From: a virus
Taxonomy: Duplodnaviria; Caudoviricetes
Virus record (IMG/VR): IMGVR_UViG_3300012231_000026
Span: 1 to 37,473 of that record
DNA length: 37,473 nt
Direction: 5' to 3' (one strand)
Within the stretch, counting starts at the first letter, position 1. The number at the start of each line of letters is the position of its first letter. Below the pieces are notes generated by a model. That model was given only the letters and a program-made list of their open reading frames with translations, ran no database searches and was not told where the DNA came from. Shown here one piece after another: positions 1 to 7,318 of the stretch. The position numbers and the translations under genes were made by a program.

Positions 1-411
1 CACGAGAACGCCTGGACCGTGGTGCTCATCCGCACCTGCTCCACCTGCGGCAAGGGCTACTTCCTCGCCACCGAGGACTGCACCGTCCGCCGGCGGAACG
101 GGTCCACGGCACAGCTCACCAAGGGCCAGCTACTCGAAGCGGGGGCGGCGTACGACTGCGAGCCCGGCCCGTGGGAGCCGGAATGCAGCTCCGAGTACGC
201 CAAGCTCAGGGCCTACGTGATCCGCAAAATGATCGGGCGATCGGCCCCCCGGAAGTCGATGCTAGCGCTCTTGCGCAAGGCGGTATCCGAAGCGGTCCAG
301 ATCGAGCGCCCCCGGGGCGATGGCTTCGAGACTGTGGGACCGTTTCCGGAGAAGGCCAAGGCGTTGGAGAACGACGCCACGATGCTTGAGGAGATGGCGA
401 CGAATGGGTAG
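1..411 (+). CDS. Hypothetical protein, probably 5'-truncated, with CxxC
   Basis: Frame is open from base 1; CSTCGKGY motif; stop overlaps next start. Confidence 0.6.
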   Translation, partial: HENAWTVVLIRTCSTCGKGYFLATEDCTVRRRNGSTAQLTKGQLLEAGAAYDCEPGPWEPECSSEYAKLRAYVIRKMIGRSAPRKSMLALLRKAVSEAVQIERPRGDGFETVGPFPEKAKALENDATMLEEMATNG

Positions 412-970
412 GACCTGCCTCGTCTGCCGCCACCCGGAGCGGGAGGAGATCGAGCAGGCGCTAGCACAGCTCTCACCCTATCGCACCATAGCGCGACAGT
501 GGCCGGAGGTGAGCAAGGACAGCGTTGGGCGCCATCGCGGGGCGCATCTCCCGCCCGCGCTATCCAAGGCGCTCGCTCGGGAGGAGGAACATGCTGCAAG
601 CGATCTCTTGGCCGTGGTACGGCGGGCAATGGGGCGAGTAGAGCGGCTTGCACAACGGCTCGAGGAGCACGGCCACGACGACAAGGCGCGCGCTCAGCTC
701 GTGCAGTCAACGCTTGCAATCGGTCGCTTGGCCGAGACGATCGGCCGCATGCGCGGCGACGTGGAGCAGCCGGCGGTGGTGGTGCAGAGCGACCGCCCGA
801 TGATCTTGGCCTTTGTGCAGCAAGTCGTGCGCGACCCGAAGGCGTTCGAGGCGGCGCGGCGCTTACAGCAGATCACGGACGGCGCGCTCGAGGTCGAGGC
901 CGAGGTCGTGGACGAGCGGGCGAACGGCAAAGGGACGAACGGAGGATTACCGAGCGAGGGTGGCGAGTGA
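404..970 (+). CDS. Putative terminase small subunit (CxxCxHP-HTH N-terminus, helical C-terminus)
   Basis: MGRTCLVCRHPEREEIEQAL...YRTIARQW..VSKDSVGRHR HTH-like pattern; ATG at 404 overlaps upstream stop; no other TerS candidate before TerL. Confidence 0.5.
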   Translation: MGRTCLVCRHPEREEIEQALAQLSPYRTIARQWPEVSKDSVGRHRGAHLPPALSKALAREEEHAASDLLAVVRRAMGRVERLAQRLEEHGHDDKARAQLVQSTLAIGRLAETIGRMRGDVEQPAVVVQSDRPMILAFVQQVVRDPKAFEAARRLQQITDGALEVEAEVVDERANGKGTNGGLPSEGGE

Positions 971-1185
971 GGGCGAAGACGAATACGCAGTCGGCCGTGC
1001 TGGCCTTCGTGGAGCGCTTCTGCACCGGCAACGGGTGCTCGCCGACGCTCCGCGAGATTTCGAAGCAGTTCGGGTGGGGCGGGACGCGGGCAACGGAGCG
1101 CCACTTGCTGGCGCTGGAAAAAAAGGGCTGGATCTCTCGTGCTCCTGGACGAGCGCGGGGGATCCGGGTTAAGGGAGGAGCGTGA
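967..1185 (+). CDS. LexA-type winged-helix DNA-binding domain protein (no peptidase domain)
   Basis: QSAVLAFVERF..GCSPTLREISKQFGW..ATERHLLALEKKGWISRAPGRARGIRV matches the LexA N-terminal domain; GTGA overlap. Confidence 0.85.
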   Translation: MRAKTNTQSAVLAFVERFCTGNGCSPTLREISKQFGWGGTRATERHLLALEKKGWISRAPGRARGIRVKGGA

Positions 1186-1565
1186 TGACTAGGGGCGAGC
1201 GGGAGACGGTGATCGTCGCCAACCTGGGCGACTTGGACGATGGCTACTTCACGGTCGAGACGAGCGAGGCCGGGGTGCTCGCCCGGTTGAAGCGCCTGGC
1301 CGGGGACCGGCTCGAGGTCGAGGAGCATCGGGAGGCCAGGACCGGGCGGGTGCGCGGATGGTTCTGCCGGGTGCCGGCGGAGTTCTGGCGGGGGAGCCAG
1401 CTTCGGGTGGCCAAGAAGGGGCAGCCCAAGGGCCACGGCTTCGCAAAACGAGCGCTACCTAGCGCGCCGGACTGGCCTGACGGGGGTGGACCCGTACACG
1501 ACTATGGGTCGGACCAGGTCACGCTCGAAACGCGCGACCACGACGGGCTGGAAGGGGGGCGCTGA
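1182..1565 (+). CDS. Hypothetical phage protein
   Basis: GGAGGAG RBS, overlapping start/stop. Confidence 0.7.
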   Translation: MMTRGERETVIVANLGDLDDGYFTVETSEAGVLARLKRLAGDRLEVEEHREARTGRVRGWFCRVPAEFWRGSQLRVAKKGQPKGHGFAKRALPSAPDWPDGGGPVHDYGSDQVTLETRDHDGLEGGR

Positions 1566-1840
1566 TGGACTTCTGGGCAGCACTCCCCCGGTTCCTGCGC
1601 CGGTGGCTCAACCGCCCGCGCATCGCGCTGATCCTCCACGCGATCTCCCGGAGCAAGGAGGCGAAGGCGGCGCGGGTGTGGCCGATGACGTGGGGGCAGT
1701 CGTGGGCGAAGGCGGCGATCATCAACGCCTCGGACTACGCGCGGGCGTGGTATCCGCCGGATGACCTGTGGGAGCCGGCGCCGTTCACCGAGGCGCTGCC
1801 GAAGATGTCGCGGGAGCAGTTTTGGGGGGCCGAGCCATGA
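1565..1840 (+). CDS. Hypothetical protein
   Basis: TGATG coupling with upstream gene. Confidence 0.55.
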   Translation: MDFWAALPRFLRRWLNRPRIALILHAISRSKEAKAARVWPMTWGQSWAKAAIINASDYARAWYPPDDLWEPAPFTEALPKMSREQFWGAEP

Positions 1841-2133
1841 TGAAGCAAGTTGAGATGCAAGTCGGGGTGCCAACCGAACCCATGAAGCTTGTGGTAGACG
1901 GCGTGGACCTAATGCCGTTTGGGATAGGGGAACTCAAGCTTGAGCTTGGGCCACCGACGAGCTGTAGTGACTACGCTAGCATTCCGAAACTCACCATCGC
2001 CTACTACGCGCGTCAGTTCTTCGCGAACATGAAAGCGGTTGAGGTGGTCGCGCACGTCCAGTGCCCGTGTTGCGCCGCCACGCTCGATGCGGGCTCGTTT
2101 ACGCCCCGGGCGCCGTTCACGGTGGTGAAATGA
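1837..2133 (+). CDS. Hypothetical protein with C-terminal CPCC
   Basis: ATGA overlap; MMKQVEMQVG... Confidence 0.6.
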   Translation: MMKQVEMQVGVPTEPMKLVVDGVDLMPFGIGELKLELGPPTSCSDYASIPKLTIAYYARQFFANMKAVEVVAHVQCPCCAATLDAGSFTPRAPFTVVK

Positions 2134-2225
2134 ACGACCCCCGGCTGCTCGCCGTAGCGCTCGGCGGCGCGCTGGGCGGGCTGCTGGCGGTACTCGCGTA
2201 CGGGCTCTGGCTGGTGTTCCGATGA
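2130..2225 (+). CDS. Small membrane protein (31 aa)
   Basis: MNDPRLLAVALGGALGGLLAVLAYGLWLVFR; ATGA overlaps at both ends; not in ORF track. Confidence 0.6.
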   Translation: MNDPRLLAVALGGALGGLLAVLAYGLWLVFR

Positions 2226-2464
2226 GCGATAGGTATCTCGTGGTCTGCGAACACCGGGCGTCGGACGAAGAGCTGGAAATCATACAAGACGACCTAGAGA
2301 AATGGTGGCAGGAAGGACCGAAGTTCATCGTGTTGAATGGAGTGAAGGTCCACAAAATCAAGGGGAACGCAATGAGCCCGCGCGTGAGCGGCTTTCTCGG
2401 CGTACTGGCCTTCGGGCTGTTCATCGCGGCACTGCTCGTGCTCTGGGGGAGGATTGCGCCGTGA
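2222..2464 (+). CDS. Hypothetical protein with C-terminal TM helix
   Basis: ATGA coupling; hydrophobic C-terminus. Confidence 0.6.
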   Translation: MSDRYLVVCEHRASDEELEIIQDDLEKWWQEGPKFIVLNGVKVHKIKGNAMSPRVSGFLGVLAFGLFIAALLVLWGRIAP

Positions 2465-2691
2465 AGAAGGTCGAAGTTGCTCGATTGATAATCAAGCCGA
2501 TAGGTGACGTCGGGGCGCCGGTGCGCACCGGCAGGATGCTGCGCGTCACGCAAATGACGGGGCGCAAGACCAACTGGTCTGCCACCGCGAGCATTGACGG
2601 GTGGACGATTGGCGTCGGCAAGCGCGATGGTGATGATGGCAGGCTTACGGTGTCGTTTACCGTGAAAAGCGTTCGGGTACCGAAGCCGTGA
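2461..2691 (+). CDS. Hypothetical protein
   Basis: GGAGG RBS, GTGA coupling at both ends. Confidence 0.55.
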   Translation: MKKVEVARLIIKPIGDVGAPVRTGRMLRVTQMTGRKTNWSATASIDGWTIGVGKRDGDDGRLTVSFTVKSVRVPKP

Positions 2692-3392
2692 GCGCGCCCC
2701 ACGTGGGACTGACGGATGATCGCTACTTCCGCACGCATGAGCACGGCGGGCGGTCATGGCTCGTACCGCGCGAGGACGTCGAGTGCGTGAAGGTCGTCTT
2801 TGACGGCCCGCGCGATCTCGAGGTCGCGTACAAGTACGTCAAGCATTGGGGCGTCGCTGTGCAGGCGGGCGGCAACTTCGGGGCGTGGCCGCGCGCGATG
2901 GCGGAGCGCTTCGCCACGGTGTACACCTTCGAGCCCGACCCGGTGAACTTCGCGTGCTTGAGCGTGAACCTGGCAGACAAGCTGAACGTCGTCAAGATGC
3001 AGGCGGCGCTGGGAAGCTCAGACCAAAGGACGATCAGCATCGTCGGGGACCGGAAGAACTCGGGGGCGCTACACGTCGGCGTTCGAGACGAGGAAGACGA
3101 GGAGCACGAATACGCGCCGGGCGTTCTGCCGTTGACGGATCTCGACGCGATCGTCGGCGATACTGCGCCCGGGTTGATCCAGTTGGACCTCGAAGGATTC
3201 GAGTACTACGCAATCGAGGGTTATCGTGGCGCCCTCGTGGATGGTTGTCGTCCGGTATTCATGGTGGAGGAGAAAGGGCTCGGCGCTCAGTACGAAGTGC
3301 CAGACGGGCAGATCGCCAAGTATCTCGCTCGCTTCGGCTACCGCGAAGTCGATCGCGTCAACCGCGACGTGATATATGCGGTGGCGAAATGA
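2688..3392 (+). CDS. FkbM-family SAM-dependent methyltransferase
   Basis: VQAGGNFGAW, VYTFEPDPVNF, AALG, LIQLDLEGFE, PVFMVE motifs. Confidence 0.85.
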   Translation: MSAPHVGLTDDRYFRTHEHGGRSWLVPREDVECVKVVFDGPRDLEVAYKYVKHWGVAVQAGGNFGAWPRAMAERFATVYTFEPDPVNFACLSVNLADKLNVVKMQAALGSSDQRTISIVGDRKNSGALHVGVRDEEDEEHEYAPGVLPLTDLDAIVGDTAPGLIQLDLEGFEYYAIEGYRGALVDGCRPVFMVEEKGLGAQYEVPDGQIAKYLARFGYREVDRVNRDVIYAVAK

Positions 3393-3499
3393 CCTACTAC
3401 GATCCCTGGGCGGTTGCGCGCGTGATGATCGCGGCAATAGTTGGCATTGCGATTGGGATCATGGTCGGCTCGTGGCTGGGTGGGAGGTGGAAGCCATGA
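3389..3499 (+). CDS. Small membrane protein
   Basis: MTYYDPWAVARVMIAAIVGIAIGIMVGSWLGG; ATGA overlaps. Confidence 0.55.
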   Translation: MTYYDPWAVARVMIAAIVGIAIGIMVGSWLGGRWKP

Positions 3500-3669
3500 G
3501 CGCCCTCCGCAAGCTGCGCCGTAACCTCGGCGACGGGCCGAAGAAGCCGATCAGCGGAGAGCGGCGCCGGAAGCTCGACGTGTTGCAAGCGTGGCGCGCG
3601 AAGGGCTTCTCCATGCGCGACGCGATGCTCCTCTCGGGGATCGGCACCGTGATCAGGAAGGAGAAGTAA
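3496..3669 (+). CDS. Small basic hypothetical protein
   Basis: GGAGGT RBS, coupled starts/stops. Confidence 0.55.
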   Translation: MSALRKLRRNLGDGPKKPISGERRRKLDVLQAWRAKGFSMRDAMLLSGIGTVIRKEK

Positions 3670-4265
3670 TGGGCAACGGTAGGCTGGACCCGGCGCGGCT
3701 TGAGCACTACGTCGCGCGCGCGGTGGTGCGAGCGTCTGGCGACTTCGCCGAGGTCGGAGTCTGGGAGGGCGACAACTTCTCGCGCCTGATCTCGCTCGCT
3801 CGCGACTGCGGGCGTACGGCATGGGCCTTTGACTCGTTTGTTGGCATGGCCGAGCCCGGGCCGAACGATGGCGACCAGTACCCGAAGGGCCGGTTCAGCG
3901 TCGGCGGCGTGTCCAGGTTCGTCGGCAAGATGCAGGAGATGCACGGCCGCGTCAGAAAGAAGGGCGACGGCTGGGAGGTATGCGCGGGCTTCGTGCCTTG
4001 GTGCCTCGCACAAGTGGGCGATCGTCGCTTTGCCTTCGTCTACATCGACCTTGACCACTACGAGCCCACGAAGCTGGCGCTGGAGTGGGCGTGGGAGCAC
4101 GTGCAGGATGGCGGGATCATCCTCTGCGATGACTACGTGGCGGAGAACGTGGAGAAGGGGATCCTGGCGGCTAGGGCGATTGCGGCCTTTGTGCATGATA
4201 CTCGTGATGGCGGGCGGAAGGTCTGGGAGAAGCTCGACAACGACCAACTGGCGATCTACCGATGA
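3669..4265 (+). CDS. TylF/MycF-like (macrocin-type) sugar O-methyltransferase
   Basis: GDFAEVGVWEG, AFDSFVGM, FAFVYIDLDHYEPT, GGIILCDDY motifs. Confidence 0.85.
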   Translation: MGNGRLDPARLEHYVARAVVRASGDFAEVGVWEGDNFSRLISLARDCGRTAWAFDSFVGMAEPGPNDGDQYPKGRFSVGGVSRFVGKMQEMHGRVRKKGDGWEVCAGFVPWCLAQVGDRRFAFVYIDLDHYEPTKLALEWAWEHVQDGGIILCDDYVAENVEKGILAARAIAAFVHDTRDGGRKVWEKLDNDQLAIYR

Positions 4266-4305
4266 CCATCCTCCCCGCTAACGAGCGCGCCCGGGAGGTG
4301 GTGCC

Positions 4306-5004
4306 GTGCTGACGGTGGTAGCGGTGCGCGTGGGGGAGAAGTATGGACCGGAGTATATCCATCGATTGGCATCCATGGTGCGCAGCAATCTTTCGCAGCC
4401 ATACACGTTCGCGGTTATCACCGATCAGGTTGCGGTTATGGGCTCTGCGATTGAATATCTTGACGGTTGGGTGCCAGACACGCACTGGCGAGTGATCGCC
4501 CCCGATCCCACGCTCCCCGGCTGGTGGCAGAAGCTTCACCTGTTCAAGCCGAGGCTGTTCACCGGCCGCGTGCTGTACCTCGACCTCGACGTGGTGGTGA
4601 CCAGCAGCCTTGACGAACTGGTGGAGCACAGGGGGATTATTCAGGACTGGAACTACAACGCCTATAACTCGTCGGTGATGGCGTTCGACGCCGGCGAGCA
4701 CGAGGACATCTGGACCACGTACGAGAACCGCTGCGAGATCCAGGGCAATCGTCTCGTGTGGAGCGGGCGGCCGAAGACGGACGACCCCAAGAACTGGGCG
4801 ACGGCGTACAACGGCGACCAGGACTACATCACGGCGATTGGCAACTGGCGCACGTTCCCGCCCGAGTGGTGCGTCTCCTACCGCGGGAGCGCGATAGCCG
4901 GCCCGCCGCCGGGGGCGAAGGTGGTGTGCTTTCACGGCCGGCCAAAGCAAGCGCAGGTGGTCGCAGCCGACCCGCACGGGTGGGTTGCCAACGCATGGAG
5001 ATGA
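4306..5004 (+). CDS. GT-A fold glycosyltransferase (GT8-like, phage type)
   Basis: KYGPEYIHRL, WWQKLHLF, YLDLDVVV (DxD), NSSVM, GDQDYI, VVCFHGRPK motifs; GGAGGT RBS. Confidence 0.85.
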   Translation: MLTVVAVRVGEKYGPEYIHRLASMVRSNLSQPYTFAVITDQVAVMGSAIEYLDGWVPDTHWRVIAPDPTLPGWWQKLHLFKPRLFTGRVLYLDLDVVVTSSLDELVEHRGIIQDWNYNAYNSSVMAFDAGEHEDIWTTYENRCEIQGNRLVWSGRPKTDDPKNWATAYNGDQDYITAIGNWRTFPPEWCVSYRGSAIAGPPPGAKVVCFHGRPKQAQVVAADPHGWVANAWR

Positions 5005-5132
5005 CCATGAACTTGTCCAAGGGATTGATCCTCGCATCGGTGATCTGTTTCGCGGTGGCAGCGTTCGGTGTGACGTCGGTCCCGCTCGTGGCGATCGGGC
5101 TCGCGCTCTTTGCCGCGGGGCATCTCGCGTGA
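5001..5132 (+). CDS. Small two-helix membrane protein
   Basis: Entirely hydrophobic 43 aa; coupled to neighbours. Confidence 0.6.
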   Translation: MTMNLSKGLILASVICFAVAAFGVTSVPLVAIGLALFAAGHLA

Positions 5133-5371
5133 CGACGCTGTTCGTCGGTGGCTGCATGGACGGCCGAGTGGTCGAGTGGGGAGAAGAACCGCCCGAGCGC
5201 TACGGCGTGCCGTTCCATAAGCGCTGCGCCTGGGACGAGTACATCGCGTGGTACTGGCGGAGCCACAACCTAGAAGGCTCGCTGCTGATCGGGAGCGAGC
5301 CCGACCCGAGCATGGGCGCCGACTTCTACGTGCTCCGCGATGGGCGCTACGAGCTGGAGAGGACGATATGA
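5129..5371 (+). CDS. Hypothetical phage protein
   Basis: LFVGGCMDG start typical of small phage proteins; GTGA overlap. Confidence 0.6.
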   Translation: MTTLFVGGCMDGRVVEWGEEPPERYGVPFHKRCAWDEYIAWYWRSHNLEGSLLIGSEPDPSMGADFYVLRDGRYELERTI

Positions 5372-5523
5372 GCAGAACCATGCGCAGGCGCGATGAGCGG
5401 TTCGCCGTTTTCGTCATGCGCAACATTGGGAAGATGGCGCGATCCTATGCTTGCGGCAGCGAGCAGGAGTTCTGGCGCCAGTTCAAGGAGATGGCCAGGT
5501 TTTGGGCTGGCATGAGCAGGTAG
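5368..5523 (+). CDS. Hypothetical protein
   Basis: GGAGAGG RBS, ATGA overlap. Confidence 0.5.
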   Translation: MSRTMRRRDERFAVFVMRNIGKMARSYACGSEQEFWRQFKEMARFWAGMSR

Positions 5524-5524
5524 C

Positions 5525-5677
5525 ATGAGGAGCAATTCAAACCCGGTGCTGCGGCGTACGGATTGGCTGCGCTGTCCATTGTGCAAGTCGATGACCAAAA
5601 GAATCACGGCAACGCGCAATGGGCAGACGGTGACGAAGTACAGCGAGCATTCATGCCGGAAACCGCGCAGCAGCTAG
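5525..5677 (+). CDS. Small putative zinc-finger protein (50 aa)
   Basis: CPLC...HSC; fills the gap before TerL exactly; not in ORF track. Confidence 0.45.
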   Translation: MRSNSNPVLRRTDWLRCPLCKSMTKRITATRNGQTVTKYSEHSCRKPRSS

Positions 5678-5678
5678 C

Positions 5679-7166
5679 ATGACCGCAGTCCCGAAGTGGG
5701 CTACGACCTGGGCGGAGCACCATTGGAAGCTCGAGCCCGCCTCGCTCGCGCACCACCTCACCCGCGGGCGCTTCCAGCGCGTGCCGCATATCGACTTGAT
5801 CTCCGCCGAGCTCGCGCGCGCGGCGGTGGAACCACTCCGCCTCATCGTCGAGGTGCCGGTGCGCCACGGCAAGTCGACGCTCATCTCCCACTGGTTCCCC
5901 GTCTGGGCGCTCTCGTTCTTCCCGGCCTGGCGCACGCTCTTTGGCTCCTACGAGGGCGAGTTCGCGGCCGGCTGGGGGCGCCGGGTACGGAACACGATCG
6001 AGGAGTTCTCCGGGCAGCTCGGGATTCAGGTATCGAGCGATTCGAGCGCCGCGGACCGCTGGGACCTCATCACCGGCGGCGGGATGAATACGGCTGGCGT
6101 AGGGGGCGCCTTCACCGGGCGCGGTGCCGATCTCCTGATCCTCGACGACTTGACCAAGAACCAGGAGGAGGCCGACTCCCGGGTGATCCAGGAACGCAAC
6201 TGGGAGTGGTTCGACTCGACAGCCATGACCCGCCTCGAGCCGGGGGCCTCGGTCGTGCTCGTCATGTCGAGATGGACACTGGATGATCTCTCGGGGCGCC
6301 TCCAGCGCGAGCAGCCGGGCGTGTGGCGCGTGATTCGGCTGCCGGCCATAGCGGAGGAAGGGGACCCGCTGGGACGGACTCCTGGGGCCGCGCTGTGGCC
6401 TGAGCGCTATCCCGTCGAGGAGTTGCTGAAGGTCAAGGCCACCGCCCGCACGCGCACCTGGGCCGCGCTCTACCAGCAGCGCCCACTCCCCGAGGAGGGG
6501 CAGCTATTCCGCCGCTCCATGTTCCGGTACTACCGGGATGCCGGGGACCACTTCATCGCCAAGACGTCGGCCGGCGAGCGCCTGATCCCGAAGGACCAGG
6601 GCTACACGTTCACCACGGCCGATCTCGCGATCTCCGAGAAGGAGACAGCCGATTACTGCGCCTTCGGGGCCTACTTCGTGTCGGCCCGAAACGAGCTCCT
6701 CAAGCTCGACCTGATCCGGGACCGAATCCCGGGGCCGGACCAGGAGCGGGTGATTCAGGACTTGCTCGAGCGCTGGCGCGGCGCCAGGGGCTGGGTCGAG
6801 AACACGCAGTACCAGGCGAGCCTTGTGCAGCGGCTCGTGCGGATGGGGCTGCCCATCGTCGGGTTCAAGGCGGACCGGGACAAGACGTCGCGGGCGCAGA
6901 CTCTTGCCTCCCGGATGGAGGCGGAGGCGTTCTTCCTGCCGGAGTCGGCGCCGTGGCTCGGGGTGGCGGAAGCGGAGCTGCTCGAATTCGGGCCGGGATG
7001 CCCGCATGACGATATCGTCGACGAAATGGCGCAAGCGGCAATCGTGGTGAGCCAGTCTCCCGGCGCCCCGCGCATCCGCCGCGCCAACATCCCGATCCCG
7101 TCTCCGCGTATCCAGGGCTTAGCGCTCGCCACAAACACGCGCCGCCGCTCGCTGTTCGGAAAATAA
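5679..7166 (+). CDS. terL: Terminase large subunit
   Basis: Walker A PVRHGKS, GVGGAFTGRGADLLILDD Walker B, YQQRP, nuclease acidic residues ADLA/ADY and HDDIVD. Confidence 0.95.
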   Translation: MTAVPKWATTWAEHHWKLEPASLAHHLTRGRFQRVPHIDLISAELARAAVEPLRLIVEVPVRHGKSTLISHWFPVWALSFFPAWRTLFGSYEGEFAAGWGRRVRNTIEEFSGQLGIQVSSDSSAADRWDLITGGGMNTAGVGGAFTGRGADLLILDDLTKNQEEADSRVIQERNWEWFDSTAMTRLEPGASVVLVMSRWTLDDLSGRLQREQPGVWRVIRLPAIAEEGDPLGRTPGAALWPERYPVEELLKVKATARTRTWAALYQQRPLPEEGQLFRRSMFRYYRDAGDHFIAKTSAGERLIPKDQGYTFTTADLAISEKETADYCAFGAYFVSARNELLKLDLIRDRIPGPDQERVIQDLLERWRGARGWVENTQYQASLVQRLVRMGLPIVGFKADRDKTSRAQTLASRMEAEAFFLPESAPWLGVAEAELLEFGPGCPHDDIVDEMAQAAIVVSQSPGAPRIRRANIPIPSPRIQGLALATNTRRRSLFGK

Positions 7167-7230
7167 TCCGATCGGAATACTTTCTATTAGCGAGCCAACG
7201 CATTGTAGCGACTAGCGTTAGCCTCAAAAC

Positions 7231-7256
7231 TAGTAGGCATTTGCCTACTATTGACA
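7231..7256 (+). promoter_or_regulatory. Palindromic operator-like site abutting a TTGACA -35 box upstream of portal
   Basis: TAGTAGGCA-TT-TGCCTACTA perfect 9-bp inverted repeat followed at once by TTGACA in an AT-rich intergenic region; -10 box is poor. Confidence 0.55.
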
Positions 7257-7294
7257 ACTTTCCACCCTTCTTGAGATAGGTCGTTCTAGGCCAA

Positions 7295-7306
7295 GTGGCA
7301 AACCGG
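7295..7306 (+). promoter_or_regulatory. Conserved pre-gene element, variant copy (GTGGCAAACCGG)
   Basis: 24 nt before portal GTG; one extra A relative to other copies. Confidence 0.55.
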
Positions 7307-7318
7307 GCCTAGGGGAGA

